A stretch of DNA of 54,903 nucleotides from a virus (IMGVR_UViG_3300005611_000036:1-54903); one strand, 5' to 3'; shown: positions 15,826-28,220, numbered from the stretch's first letter. The notes: a model not told the origin generated them from the sequence alone. Translations and numbers: made by a program.

Positions 15826-15980
15826 AATCTAGAGGTTTAGGTGATGATATTCACAAATTTACCACGCAAACCGGTATTAAAAAAGCCGTAGATTTTATGT
15901 CTCGAGGTTTAAACATCCCATGCGGATGCGAAGGCCGAAGAAAAGCAATGAACAAACTATTCCCAAAACGATATAAATAA
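15822..15980 (+). CDS. 52-aa protein with GLGD..CGC motif
   Basis: MKSRGLGDDIHKFTTQTGIKKAVDFMSRGLNIPCGCEGRRKAMNKLFPKRYK; ATGA overlap. Confidence 0.65.
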   Translation: MKSRGLGDDIHKFTTQTGIKKAVDFMSRGLNIPCGCEGRRKAMNKLFPKRYK

Positions 15981-15986
15981 AAAATA

Positions 15987-16373
15987 GTGAAAAAACTAAT
16001 TCAATTAATTACTGGAGGTCTTATCAAAGATATAGGAAGCGTTATAGACAAGCTTACTACGACTGATGAAGAAAGACTTGCTGCTAAACAAAAAATTGAA
16101 GAGTTATTAGAGCAAGCAGATAAAGATGCTCAAGATCAAGTTACAGAAAGATGGAAGCTTGATATGTCTTCTGATTCTTTTTTATCTAAAAACATCAGGC
16201 CACTTGTACTTATATATTTAACATTTATATTTACAGTGCTTTCTTTTTTTGATGGTAATATCGGCGGTTTTCAAGTTGATGAAGCATATATACCTATTTT
16301 TCAATCATTGCTTATAACTGTGTATGGCGCTTATTTTGTAGGACGTACTTGGGAGAAGAGCAAGAAAAAATAA
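15987..16373 (+). CDS. Putative holin (3TM/GTA-holin-like)
   Basis: IDKLTTTDEER, DMSSDSFLSKNIRP, two hydrophobic helices, GAYFVGRTWEK. Confidence 0.75.
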   Translation: MKKLIQLITGGLIKDIGSVIDKLTTTDEERLAAKQKIEELLEQADKDAQDQVTERWKLDMSSDSFLSKNIRPLVLIYLTFIFTVLSFFDGNIGGFQVDEAYIPIFQSLLITVYGAYFVGRTWEKSKKK

Positions 16374-16377
16374 TTAA

Positions 16378-17109
16378 ATGGCAAGAATTAGTACTTATCA
16401 AAGAGATACTGTTGTTACCAAAAACGACAAGGTAATAGGTACTGATTCATCTGGGTCAATAACCAAAAACTTTAAGTTAGAAGACATTGCGGGCTTTCTT
16501 AGAAATACTAATGCAGTTGGGATAGCTACGCAATTTAATTTTAAGTTTGTTACATCAAACAGAGGTGTACAAACAATTAGTTTTGATCCATTAGCCGCGG
16601 GTGATACGTTTGATAACGTAACAAGTTTTGTACTAAGCAAATTTGATGCTAATAATAATAATGTATCAGAATACTTAAAAACGTATGCGGGCAAGCAAAT
16701 AGTAATAGTAAGACTTGATGATTATTCTAACTTTGGTTTATTTGATGTAGTTTCAGTTATTGATAACCCTAGCTTATCAGATTATCTTACGGTAACTGTA
16801 ACAAACAAAACTAATCAAGGCAGCTTTATTGCTGATAAGTATTATGGCTTAGCAATATTTGCCGAAGGCGATAAACATAAAGAGCTTAGCTTTACAACAA
16901 ATACTTTTGAAGCAGGTACAGAGGTAATAAATGGGAGCACAATGCGGTATTTTGATTTTACACATAATTTAGACAAATACCCAGCAATAACAGCTACCGA
17001 AGTTGGATCAGAAGATCAAGTAGCTAACGTACCTGTAAAATATTTAAATACTAATACCGTTAGAGTATACTTTACCGGTGTAACAAATGGAAAACTTTAC
17101 GCAAACTAA
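16378..17109 (+). CDS. Putative virion structural protein
   Basis: MARISTY N-terminus; THNLDKYP tail-protein-like motif; position. Confidence 0.55.
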   Translation: MARISTYQRDTVVTKNDKVIGTDSSGSITKNFKLEDIAGFLRNTNAVGIATQFNFKFVTSNRGVQTISFDPLAAGDTFDNVTSFVLSKFDANNNNVSEYLKTYAGKQIVIVRLDDYSNFGLFDVVSVIDNPSLSDYLTVTVTNKTNQGSFIADKYYGLAIFAEGDKHKELSFTTNTFEAGTEVINGSTMRYFDFTHNLDKYPAITATEVGSEDQVANVPVKYLNTNTVRVYFTGVTNGKLYAN

Positions 17110-17120
17110 AAACATAAACA

Positions 17121-18605
17121 ATGGCAATCCCCTTTCTTAGCAATATAAATTTAAACGGAAATCAAGCGTTAAATTTAGCTTTACACAACAAAACAACACC
17201 GCCCAGCAATCCAAGTAGTGGGCAAATTTATTTTGACACAGCAGATACTGATAACGGCAGAGTATTAGTATACAATGGCTCCCAATGGGTTTCTATCGCT
17301 GGCGATATTGAATCCATAGCAACCACAACATCTAATCAGCTCACTGTTACCAACGGGACTGGCCCTGATGTTTCTTTAGCTATAGTAACTGGAGCGGTTG
17401 CAAACGGTGGAACCGCCCTTGCTACCGGCGATCAAATTTACGATTTTGTTACCGGGCTTGGATATGTAGAAAGTGTAACATCTGGAAATACTGATACAAT
17501 AACAATTGGCGGCACCGCAGCTGATCCTACTATATCAGCAAATACTGCAGCAGTAGCTAATGGCTCAGCTAGTCTTGCTACTGGTGATCAAATTTATGAT
17601 TTTGTAATTGGTTTAAATTACTCAACTACAACAGGTACCGTAACTTCTGTAGCAATTTCAGGGACAGATGGTATTGACGTTGATTCTGGCTCACCTATAA
17701 CATCATCGGGCACTATTACATTAGGGCTTTCTAATGTACCTAATTCTTCGTTAGCAAATAGTAGCATTACAATAGGTGATTCTACAATCGCGTTAGGTGG
17801 CACAGACACAACACTTACAGGTCTCACAGATATTGACCTTACTGAGGCAAGCCATACAATTTTTGATAATGTTGGCGCTAATACGCTTACAATTGGTGCG
17901 GGCACAACAACAGTGGTTATACCTGGTGATCTTACTGTTACAGGTACTGTTACAACAAACAACGTTGAAACTGTATCTACATCTAATGGTGTTATATTTG
18001 AAGGAAATGCTGCTGACGCAAACGAGCTTACTTTATTAGCAGGCACGCTAACAGGGGATAGAACTATAACACTTCCGGATGCGACGGGTACGGTTGCTCT
18101 TACATCGGATATTCATGATGGAACATTAACAGTTCAGGGTAGTAACGGTCTTACAGGTTCTGGAACATTTACAGCTAATGATTCTGACAGCCCAACAATT
18201 ACAATTTCTCACGCAGATACATCATCTCAAGCCTCTGTAAATAACTCAGGAAGAACATATATTCAAGATATTACGCTTGACACATACGGTCACATTACCG
18301 GTATTACTTCTGCTACAGAAACTGTAACAAACACGGATACTCAGTTAGCAACAGCCGCGGCTCTTATTGACGTAAGCGCAATGGGTAGCAATACTACCGC
18401 TTCATTTACTCACGGCTTAACATCTAAAAATTTAATTGTACAATTATACGACGTAACCACAGGCGAAGTTGTTTTTGCTGATGTTGATCACACAAGCAAT
18501 AATGCAATATCAGTAATATTTGCGTCTACACCAACTAATGATATTAGAGTAGTTGTGATAGATGCTAAAGATGGATTAACTGACAAGACAGTTAGCTACT
18601 CATAG
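17121..18605 (+). CDS. Tail fibre/collar-like protein
   Basis: T/S/G-rich; duplicated AVANG..LATGDQIYDFV; RTITLPDATGTVALTSD. Confidence 0.7.
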   Translation: MAIPFLSNINLNGNQALNLALHNKTTPPSNPSSGQIYFDTADTDNGRVLVYNGSQWVSIAGDIESIATTTSNQLTVTNGTGPDVSLAIVTGAVANGGTALATGDQIYDFVTGLGYVESVTSGNTDTITIGGTAADPTISANTAAVANGSASLATGDQIYDFVIGLNYSTTTGTVTSVAISGTDGIDVDSGSPITSSGTITLGLSNVPNSSLANSSITIGDSTIALGGTDTTLTGLTDIDLTEASHTIFDNVGANTLTIGAGTTTVVIPGDLTVTGTVTTNNVETVSTSNGVIFEGNAADANELTLLAGTLTGDRTITLPDATGTVALTSDIHDGTLTVQGSNGLTGSGTFTANDSDSPTITISHADTSSQASVNNSGRTYIQDITLDTYGHITGITSATETVTNTDTQLATAAALIDVSAMGSNTTASFTHGLTSKNLIVQLYDVTTGEVVFADVDHTSNNAISVIFASTPTNDIRVVVIDAKDGLTDKTVSYS

Positions 18606-18623
18606 TAAAATAAAATATAATTT

Positions 18624-21311
18624 ATGGCGAATCGTTTTTTAAATAACATAACGATTAACGACCAGTATACATTCCCCTCAACAGATGGAAGTGCGGGTCA
18701 GGCAATAGTAACAGATGGTCTTGGTAATTTAACTTTTGGTAGCGCTGTAGCGTCATCTGCCACCTCCAGCGAATCAGTTCATATAACTGTAAAAAACACA
18801 TCCGGAGCAACAATAACCAAAGGAACTCCTGTATACGTTACAGGCGAGACTGGCAATTCAGGTAAGATAGAAGTTGCGCCAGCTGACGCTTCTGATGTTG
18901 CTAAGATGCCAGCACTCGGTCTTTTAGAGTCTGATATTGCAGATAGCGCCGAAGGTTTTTGTGTGCAAGGTGGTCTTTTAGAAGGGCTTGCTACCGCAAC
19001 TATTGACGGTACATCTACAACTGCAAACGATACAGTATACATAAAGGCAGGTGGTGGCCTTACAATGACAAAACCCACCGGTACAAACTTTATACAGAAC
19101 ATAGCTAAGGTGGCTAGAGTTCACGCTTCAAATGGTTCATTAGTCGTTTCATCAATACTTCGAACAAACGACGTACCAACCCCATTATATATAGATCACG
19201 ATAATCAACGTGTAGGTATTGGAGAAGAAAATCCAAGCGATATATTAGTTGTAAGCAACGGAACAGGTGAGGTTAGGTTTGGAGGTTCAAACGGCAGAAC
19301 ATTAAGCGCATATGATAACGGAAGTCTTGCTAATTTTGATTTTTATGCTAATCAAACTTATTTTAACTCAGATTTTTTAATTGCTCCAGGGAAAAAAATA
19401 AGCACTTCTAACGGGAGTAATGATAACTTATACCTTACTACTACAAACGCATCTAAAGCAATTTATACTGATAGGTCTGTTGGGATTGGAACGACAAGTC
19501 CTAGTGCTACTTTATCTGTAGCAGGAACAACACAGTTAGCCGGAGAAGTTTCTTTGCCATCAACTGGAACAGCAACCGCTTCTGCAAATTATTCTTCGCA
19601 AACTTTAAAATTTACTACAAGTGCCTGGGATACTAACCACGCTGCAGCAAGAGATGTTGACTGGAATATTAGAAACGAAGGTTCTAGCACAATATTTGCA
19701 GACGGCACCTTAACGTTTTATGAAGAAAACCCATCTTATAATCACTGGAAACTAAAACTTCCAGGAAGAGGGTCTGGCGCTTCTTATATACATCCGGATG
19801 CAGCTTTGTTTAATGGAAGAGTAAATATATACGAATCCGACACTTCAAATATAAATATATCATTACACCCCGGCGGTGATTCATATTTTAATGGAGGTAA
19901 AGTTGGCATTGGAACGATTACCCCAGACAATAAATTTCACGTTGTTGCGGGCGCTGATGGTGAGGTTGCGCAGTTTACGGGAGCAATAGAAAATAGAGGT
20001 TTATCAATTCGTTCAGAAACTAATGTTGATGCTTCTGCGCTTACTGTTTTTAATTCTCAATCAGGAGGGTCAAAAGGAACATTTGCTTTTGAAACAGATG
20101 GTTCAGAACGTATGCGCATAACCTCCGATGGCAACGTTGGTATTGGAACAACGAGTCCGCAAGAAGAATTACACATTACATCAACTGTTCCTGTTATAAG
20201 GCTTGAAGATACTGATGGCGGTTATGCTCAAATAGTAGGTAGTAATGGAAGTTTATCGCTAAGGTCAGACCAAGCCAACACAGTAGCATCATCAATTATT
20301 GATTTTATAATTGATAATTCTGAAAAAATGCGTATCGATTCCAGTGGCAACGTAGGAATTGGTACGCCTAGCCCTGGAACTAAGCTAGATGTAATTAGCG
20401 AAGGCACTGCTATAGGAACCACTGGTTACTACTATAACGCTAGATTTACAGACACATCTAATGTTGGAGTTATGATTGGCCACAACAATGTTGCTAATGG
20501 TAACGGAATGATTGCTGGAATTAATAAGTTAGTATTTTTAACTTACGGCACATCCTGGGGTGAAAGAATGATTATTGACGGCAGCGGAAACGTTGGGATT
20601 GGAACAGCGAGTCCAAACGCCACGTTAGATGTTAATGGCGCTGGTAATTTTTCAGGGGGCACAGTTGTATCTGGTATTGATACAAATACAAATATAGGTG
20701 TAGCAATAGCAAAAGGAGACTACTTATATTCTAATGATGGAAATTACTTAAGAAGATTAATTGGCCACACCCCAAGCGGTAATATTGAAGTCGGTCAAGA
20801 TGCAACTTCACTCATTGGAGATATATTACTAAGACCTGGTGCCGCTGGTAATATAAGATTTTTTGGAAGTGGCTCTGAAGATATGCGTATCAACTCCAGC
20901 GGGGACGTAGGCATTGGGACAACGAGTCCTGGTTATAAGCTAGATGTCAGTGGCGGGGCTAGAGCTGGAGGTGTAGTTACTTACTCAAAAACATATGGCT
21001 CGTTAGACACGGCTGGTAATGCTGTAGCAGGGTTAACAACTGGTGGCAACGGTAATTCTGCGGGATTTACTTTTACATGTTTTGGAAACACTGGCGATTA
21101 TCAAAAAATAGTTTATAGCTGTTATAATGTATCTGGAACATGGTATACTAAAAAAGTTATAGACGAAGGCACTAATGCTTTTGATATTGAGGCTTCAGCT
21201 AACGCCGCAACTATTACATTTACTTTTAAATCAACATCTGGAACAAAAAGTTATACACCTAGAGTAACAGTAGAAGCAACGGGGAGTGCAATAAATTCAA
21301 TATACGCATAA
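18624..21311 (+). CDS. Tail fibre protein with GNVGIGT repeats
   Basis: About 7 VGIG(T)xxP repeats separating variable modules. Confidence 0.8.
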   Translation: MANRFLNNITINDQYTFPSTDGSAGQAIVTDGLGNLTFGSAVASSATSSESVHITVKNTSGATITKGTPVYVTGETGNSGKIEVAPADASDVAKMPALGLLESDIADSAEGFCVQGGLLEGLATATIDGTSTTANDTVYIKAGGGLTMTKPTGTNFIQNIAKVARVHASNGSLVVSSILRTNDVPTPLYIDHDNQRVGIGEENPSDILVVSNGTGEVRFGGSNGRTLSAYDNGSLANFDFYANQTYFNSDFLIAPGKKISTSNGSNDNLYLTTTNASKAIYTDRSVGIGTTSPSATLSVAGTTQLAGEVSLPSTGTATASANYSSQTLKFTTSAWDTNHAAARDVDWNIRNEGSSTIFADGTLTFYEENPSYNHWKLKLPGRGSGASYIHPDAALFNGRVNIYESDTSNINISLHPGGDSYFNGGKVGIGTITPDNKFHVVAGADGEVAQFTGAIENRGLSIRSETNVDASALTVFNSQSGGSKGTFAFETDGSERMRITSDGNVGIGTTSPQEELHITSTVPVIRLEDTDGGYAQIVGSNGSLSLRSDQANTVASSIIDFIIDNSEKMRIDSSGNVGIGTPSPGTKLDVISEGTAIGTTGYYYNARFTDTSNVGVMIGHNNVANGNGMIAGINKLVFLTYGTSWGERMIIDGSGNVGIGTASPNATLDVNGAGNFSGGTVVSGIDTNTNIGVAIAKGDYLYSNDGNYLRRLIGHTPSGNIEVGQDATSLIGDILLRPGAAGNIRFFGSGSEDMRINSSGDVGIGTTSPGYKLDVSGGARAGGVVTYSKTYGSLDTAGNAVAGLTTGGNGNSAGFTFTCFGNTGDYQKIVYSCYNVSGTWYTKKVIDEGTNAFDIEASANAATITFTFKSTSGTKSYTPRVTVEATGSAINSIYA

Positions 21312-21314
21312 GAT

Positions 21315-24300
21315 ATGGCAGAAATAAAAAAAATAAATACTGATTTACAAATTGAAGCTAGATTATTAGATGGTAACGGCTCTGCAGGCACGTCTGGACA
21401 AATACTGTCTTCAACAGGTACGGCGACTGATTGGATTAGTTTATCTGAAATATCAGGCGTAGATGGAACAGGTACTGCTAACTATGTAGCTAAATGGTCT
21501 GACACTGATACTATAACTAATAGTATTATTTATGACAACGGTACAAATGTTGGTATTGGCGCGACTAACCTTAGTGCAAAGCTACATATTGGGAGCAACA
21601 GTGGGGGGCCATTGTTTTATATTGACGGGCAATACAATGATGTAGCATTTGATGGCTCAACTTTCGGCGCTAATGGAATATGGAGCTTTATTAATTCCGG
21701 GACCTGGGATCAAACAAGATTTTACGTACAAGATGCTAATAATAGTGATTCAAGATTAACTTTTAGATTTACCGGTAATAATGGCGCTAATGAAATATTA
21801 GCTGGCGCTTCTACTGGCAATGTTGGTATTGGTACAGCGAGTCCTGGGTATAAGTTAGATGTTGCGGGTAAAGGTTTTTTTAGCTCGGGTATTATTACTG
21901 ATACTGCAATAGCTTTAAAATTAAAACAAGCAGCAGGGACATTAAATGATGCTACTGAGTTTAGAGTAGGAACAGGGGAATTTAAAATATACTCAGGAAG
22001 AGACTCCGGAACACATCAAGCTTTTGTATTTGCAACAGGTGATAATTACACTTCAGGAGCGGAACGTATGCGCATCAGTTCAGACGGCAACGTTGGTATT
22101 GGTACGACTACCCCGCAAGCTAAACTTGAAGTAACTGGATCTGGAAAATTTCTTTCAGGAACAGCTAGTAACTTTTTAGATGTAGGTCGCAATGATAATG
22201 AAAAAGCGCAAATTCTTGTAGACGATAGTAATATATCTTTTACAGCTATTCAAGATAGTGATAGCGATGGAGCTCATAGTTTTATATTAAATAGAAATTT
22301 TGCTGGAACTGGTACAAATGATTTTAAAATATCAAAAGCAGGATCTGTTCAATTAATAATAGACGAAGACGGCAACGTTGGGATTGGAACGACTAGCCCT
22401 AGTTCTATAGGAGGGCATAGTGGTATACTGACCTTATATGGAAGCAACGCTACTGCATTAGCATTAAAAGATTCTGTATCTGAAGGCCATTTAAGATTTA
22501 ACGATTATAATTTTAAATTTACAAACACTGGTGGTGATGTACGCATGCAGATAGAAGCTGACACAGGCAGCGTCGGTATTGGAACGAGTAGTCCGAGTGG
22601 TAGTTTAAACATTAGAAGTGTTTCAGCAACAGGAAGTGAATACAATTTATTATCACAAAACAATTCTGGAACACAATTATTTTATGTTAGAAACGATGGT
22701 GTTGTTGTTGTTAGTAACAATTACTTTTATGTTACAAGTTCACAAGGCGCTTATTTTGATGGATCAGTAAAAGCTAGAGGTGGAATAACTGATGATGGTG
22801 GAACTTTAGCATTAGGTGGTGGTGGAAACACAAATCATTTAAATATTCTAACTAGCGGCAACGTTGGGATTGGAACGGATAGTCCTGCTGCTAAGCTAGA
22901 TGTAAATGGTGATTCTAGTTATTCATCAGACTACAACTTTTTATCTATATCAGGTACTAAAACTAGCGGAACAGCTGTTACAGATGTTAAAGGTATAGAC
23001 TTGAGCATTGGTAGCGGCGATATTGTTGCTGGTAATGACATTGCAAATTTATACGGCGCTTATATAAATAATAACACCTCCGGGGGATCAGCATCTGTTA
23101 TTGGTAATTGGTATGGCGTTTATGTTCCATCAGCCGATGCTAATAGAGTTTCTAACAGAGTTAGTGCTTACTTTGGTGATAAAGTTGGGATTGGAACAAG
23201 TAGTCCTGGGGAAATACTGCATATTGAAAGCTCTTCGCCAAAAATACAATTAACTGATACTTCAACAAACGCGTCTTCGTATATTGACGCCGATAGTGAA
23301 TTTGGATCAATAAGCATAATGGCCGATCACGGAAATACTTCTGCTAGTAGTCAAATTAACTTAATGGTTGATGGGAGTTCTAAAATGGTTGTAAAACACG
23401 CAGGCAACGTAGGAATTGGCACGACTAGCCCGATTGGTAGGTTGAATGTTGTTAATGGCTCTAGTGGTCAAGCTTACTCTAACATTTCAGGCTTACTTAT
23501 TGATGTAAATGGCACGAGCAATGCTTACTATGGTTTAAGAGTTGGAAGTAATGCTGGAAATAACCACTTATCCGTAACAAACGCAGGCAATGTTGGTATC
23601 GGAACTTCTTCGCCGGATGAAAAATTGCATGTTGTAGGAGATTTTAAAATACAAACAAATGCTGATGCTGGTGTTATACATTTTGGAGATACAAGTGATC
23701 AAACAAAAATAGTAGGATATGATTCTAGTAGCTCCAACACACGATTTGATTTTTTTACATCCGGCTCTAAAAAGTTAACCATACTTGATAGCGGCAACGT
23801 CGGGATTGGAACGGATAGTCCAAATAATGAATTAGAAATATTGGGGAGCAACTCTCCTAGGATATCTCTAAGAACGTCTAGCGAGACAATAGGTGAAGCA
23901 TTAGAATTAGGATTTCAAATAGGAACTGGAGCGAACGCTTCGTCTAATACGGTAGGATTGATAAAATCCGTCATTACTCAAGCAGACCCCTCTTCTTTAA
24001 TAGGAGATTTAGAATTCCAAACTAATAGCGGAGATTCTGCCAGTACAAAGATGACAATAAAAGGTGGTGGCAACGTAGGTATTGGTACGGACAATCCTAG
24101 GACTAAACTACACGTTTCAGGAACTGGGTTACAAGATATGCAAGCCTGGTTTGGGAATGGTTTTGTTAATACTGCAAGTTATCATTACAGTTTTGCAAAA
24201 GTTGGTTTTTCTGTTGAAGACAACGACGGAGCAGACACCGGCGCTGGCTTTCAGTTTAACACAAGAAATTCTGGGGATACTAACTGGCTGCATGGATATA

Positions 24301-27055
24301 TTTATCAACCACAAGACGGGGGAATAGCATTCGGAACGGGCGGTGCGGGTACTATACAAGCATCGGAGCGTATGCGATTTATCAACCACAAGACGGGGGA
24401 ATAGCATTCGGAACGGGCGGTGCGGGTACTATACAAGCATCGGAGCGTATGCGCATCGATTCTGCAGGTAAAGTTGGTATTGGAACAACTAGTCCAGGTG
24501 AAAAATTAACAGTAAGCGGTAACATATCAGCTACTGGTACCATTACGGGAAGCAACCTTTCAGGAACAAACACTGGTGATCAGGATTTAAGTGTATATTA
24601 CACAAAAACAGAGTCTGATGATAGATTTGTAAATGTCACTGGCGACACAATGACTGGTGATTTAACAGTGAATTCTGATTTTTATGTAACTGGTTCTGCT
24701 TTTGAATTAAGTTCGGGTGTTGTAACAGACTTTGGGGGCAATACACTTAGTAATATAGGGGCTCCTTCTTTAGGTGATCATGCAACTACAAAAACTTATG
24801 TAGATAACTATGCATATTCGCAATCTGCATCTGACGCCAGGTTTGTAAATGTTACTGGCGACACAATGACTGGTATTTTAACTATGAATGCTGGGAGCAA
24901 CTCTCAACCTATTGATATAACGGGATCAAACTCTAGCTATACGGCTATTGCTATTAAAAACACAGGGGGTGGAAATGCTGGCTTGTACATAGATGCTATT
25001 AATGGTGATTTATCAGGATCTGATTATCTTTTTGTAGGTCAAGATGATTCTGGTTACGCAAATTATAATATAGGGTCCAGCTCGCCAATGCCCTACCACG
25101 TTTTTACCGGTGGCAACGTTGGGATTGGGACGACTTCGCCGGACTCAAAGCTTCATATCGATGAAGGAGATATTACTATATCAGGATTCAATACAAGTAG
25201 ATATATAAGATTCACTGAGCCAGATAATAGCTTTCAAGGGGCTTTTATAAACTATGACGGGAGCGGCAATGTTTTTTACATTGGCACACATAACACAGAC
25301 GATGCTTTAACATCTAGCGACGTTAGAGCAATAAGTATAAGCAGAGGTAGCGCAAATGTTGTAGTACAAGGAAGTGTTTATAGTAATGGAAACAACTTTG
25401 TATTTGGATCGTCAACTTCGGAAGGCGAATACATACAGAGGAGTGGTAACGATATTAGATTTATAGCCGGCGGCTCTACAAGAATGACTATTGATGGTGA
25501 TGCTGGCTACGTAGGGATTGGAACGACTTCGCCTGATAACCTGCTTGAAATAGAAACAACATCCGGGGCAAGCGGATCTGAAGGCGTTTTTGTTAAAGAT
25601 TTTTTTGCTGGCACAAGCCGTATCGTAGCGTCTAAGGATCCTTTTATATCTATAGGAGCAGCCGACCAAGCGGGAGCCACCGCTACATTATACTTAGGCG
25701 AAGATGCTAACGCTACCGGCCAAGAAAGTTTTATACAGTACAAGCACGACAATGGTGGCCTAAGTATTTTTCACAAAGGCCAAGGTACAGACGTAGAACA
25801 TGCACGTTTTGGGAACCTTTCATCAACAATTGCGAGAACCGCTTTCTTTGGCAACGTCGGGATTGGAGTGACTAGCCCGCAGGTAAAACTACACGTGGCA
25901 AATGGCACGTTACGTACTTGGGCACCTACATCCGGTACAACAGCTATATTTGAAAGTACCCAAAACAGCAGAAGTTTTATAACAATAACAGGTGCCAACG
26001 AATCTGAGCTGTGGTTTGGAGACGCTGCAACACAAGCCAAGGGCAGGGTAAGATACGAGAACAACAATAATATGATGGAGTTCTGGACAGGTGCAAATCC
26101 TAGAATGTATATTAACTCAGCTGGCAACGTTGGGATTGGAACGGATAGTCCTAACAGAACTTTCACGGTTGCATCAGATAGTTTTAACATCGCTGAATTT
26201 TCTAGAAATACAGCAGGTGGTGGGGCGAGTATTGTTTTGCAAGATGGAAATGACGGCGAATATGAACTTATAAACGGTGTAAGTAATTTTCAAATAAGAA
26301 GTAATTTTACCGATACACAATTTTATATTACTCGCAGTTCAGGCAACATTGGGATTGGAACGACTAGTCCAGAAACTAGATTTCACGTTTTTCAAAATGC
26401 TAACGTAGGAGGAACCGCTGGTAACTTTGAAAAATTACGAACTCTTCAAAATAGTGGTGGCTCTGGCGGTAACAGTGTTTATGTAAGAGAATGGGGGTAT
26501 AGAACGTCTGCAGGAACCGACTGGACTACCTGGTCGTATCACAACGGAATATCTGTTGATAGTTCTTTTGGAACACCTTTATCTGATACTAAAACTTTTT
26601 GGCATAGAGAGCCTGTGGCAAATAAACAATATTTTGGTGGCGGAAGCAACAAAGTATTAACCATAGAAGGGGGAGGTGGTACAAATAGAGTTGGTATTAA
26701 TGACGATACACCTTCGTATGAGTTAGATGTAACCGGCACAATTAGAGCTACGGGCGACGTAATAGCTTATTCTGATATTCGTGTAAAAGAAAATATAAGC
26801 ACTATAGAAAACGCTCTTGATAAAGTTAAAAAGCTAAGAGGTGTTGAATATAATAAGATAGATAACCCAGAAAGAAGCATTGGTGTTATTGCGCAGGAAA
26901 TAGAAGAGGTTATACCACAAGTTGTAAAAGAAGACAATGAGGGTATGAAGTCTGTAGCGTATGGTAATATTACAGCTGTACTAATTGAAGCTATAAAAGA
27001 GCAGCAAAAACAAATTGACAAACTTAAAAATCAATTAGATGCCTTTACCAAGTAG
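21315..27055 (+). CDS. Long tail fibre with C-terminal intramolecular chaperone (peptidase S74); one 1887-aa gene split by a 77-bp duplication
   Basis: ORFs 21315-24404 and 24449-27055 join in frame when one 77-bp copy is removed ((5741-77)/3=1888 codons); about 18 repeats; SDIRVKENI..LRGVEY..GVIAQEIE..V.Y..LIEAIKE. Confidence 0.85.
24300..24453 (+). repeat. Exact 77-bp tandem duplication
   Basis: 24300-24376 is identical to 24377-24453. Confidence 0.95.
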
Positions 27056-27731
27056 CGGAGAAATAAAAGTTTCCCAAATAAACACAGAGCTAGGCAGAAC
27101 GTCAAACACTGCTAATTCAAATTTTGCAGGCGGTACAACTCCGCAAACTGGTAGTTTATTTAAATTAGGCGAAGCTGGAGGTGTGGACCAAACTGCGCCA
27201 CATAAAATGTCTGAGTGGTATGGATATAATGCTGTTCATTTAGTATATCAATCTTCAATAACAACCGGCTCTTCTACGTATTCAAGCAGCTCTGTATGGA
27301 CTAATACATATTCTAGCAATAACGGGATAGATTGTAGCGATACTTTAGCCTTATCAGCCTCGCCTTCAAATATAAGCACTAACGACAAAAGCACAATGAT
27401 AATTTTTAGAATTCAAGATTTTAATGGATCAAACTATGATGATGCTTTTGATTTATATTTTTATAGAACAATTAGTTCAAATGACGATATAGAAGTAGGA
27501 ATTTCAACAGCGTACATTGACAACCTTGGTTTTTTAAGGTACGGACAAACAGAAATTATAGCTACCTATGATACAAATCTTAGCGGAAACACGGCAAGCG
27601 TTTCATTTGAGGCGGCAACTCTTAGCTTCCCTAATACATATTTAATATTTCATTTATCGGGTTCAGATGCAACAAATTCAGCTAGCGTGTCTTTTTTTGA
27701 TATAAACACTCGGGAAAATTGCCCTGTTTAA
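27039..27731 (+). CDS. Tail-fibre-associated protein
   Basis: MPLPSSGEIKVSQINTELG..MSEWYGY N-terminus of the type that follows S74 fibres. Confidence 0.65.
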   Translation: MPLPSSGEIKVSQINTELGRTSNTANSNFAGGTTPQTGSLFKLGEAGGVDQTAPHKMSEWYGYNAVHLVYQSSITTGSSTYSSSSVWTNTYSSNNGIDCSDTLALSASPSNISTNDKSTMIIFRIQDFNGSNYDDAFDLYFYRTISSNDDIEVGISTAYIDNLGFLRYGQTEIIATYDTNLSGNTASVSFEAATLSFPNTYLIFHLSGSDATNSASVSFFDINTRENCPV

Positions 27732-27800
27732 TAAAAAATAAAAACCTAAACAATTGTGTAATAATAACTTTATACAAATATTAATTAATAAATAAAAAAA

Positions 27801-28193
27801 ATGGCAAATACATATTCTTGGACAATTAATGCTTTAGATACATACCCAACGCAAGATTCGCTTGCGGATGTAGTTTACAATATACATTGGGGCATGACCG
27901 CTATATCAGATCAAACAGACGCTGATGGCAATGCGTACACAGCTAATTCTATTGGCACACAAACTGTAGCAGCACCTGATGCTGATGACTTTACTTCTTT
28001 TGACGACCTTACGCAAGAAATCGTAGAAGGTTGGCTAGAGGGAAGTGACTTAGATGTTGACGCTATTAAAGCTTCTTTAGATGCTCAGATAGTGGAAAAA
28101 ATTACGCCTACAAGTGTAACTAAATATTTACCAGTTCAACCCGCTGTTGAAGAAACAACAGAAGAAACAACTGAGGAAACAATAGAAGAATAA
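27801..28193 (+). CDS. Conserved phage protein, possibly tail-fibre assembly
   Basis: YSWTI..VVYNIHW..FTSFDDLTQEIVEGWL. Confidence 0.6.
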   Translation: MANTYSWTINALDTYPTQDSLADVVYNIHWGMTAISDQTDADGNAYTANSIGTQTVAAPDADDFTSFDDLTQEIVEGWLEGSDLDVDAIKASLDAQIVEKITPTSVTKYLPVQPAVEETTEETTEETIEE

Positions 28194-28220
28194 TTATTAA
28201 CAATTAAATTAAATTAAATT

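Noticed and set aside
24610-24875. Duplicated RFVNVTGDTMTG segment as a mobile or regulatory repeat
   Set aside because: In-frame fibre-shaft motif common in tail fibres; explained by protein structure
18624-27055. Diversity-generating retroelement acting on the tail fibres
   Set aside because: No reverse transcriptase and no template/variable repeat pair differing at adenines seen in the window
24449-27055. Independent 868-aa tail fibre gene
   Set aside because: Its start is the internal Met of an ERMRI repeat; it is the 3' half of the gene starting at 21315
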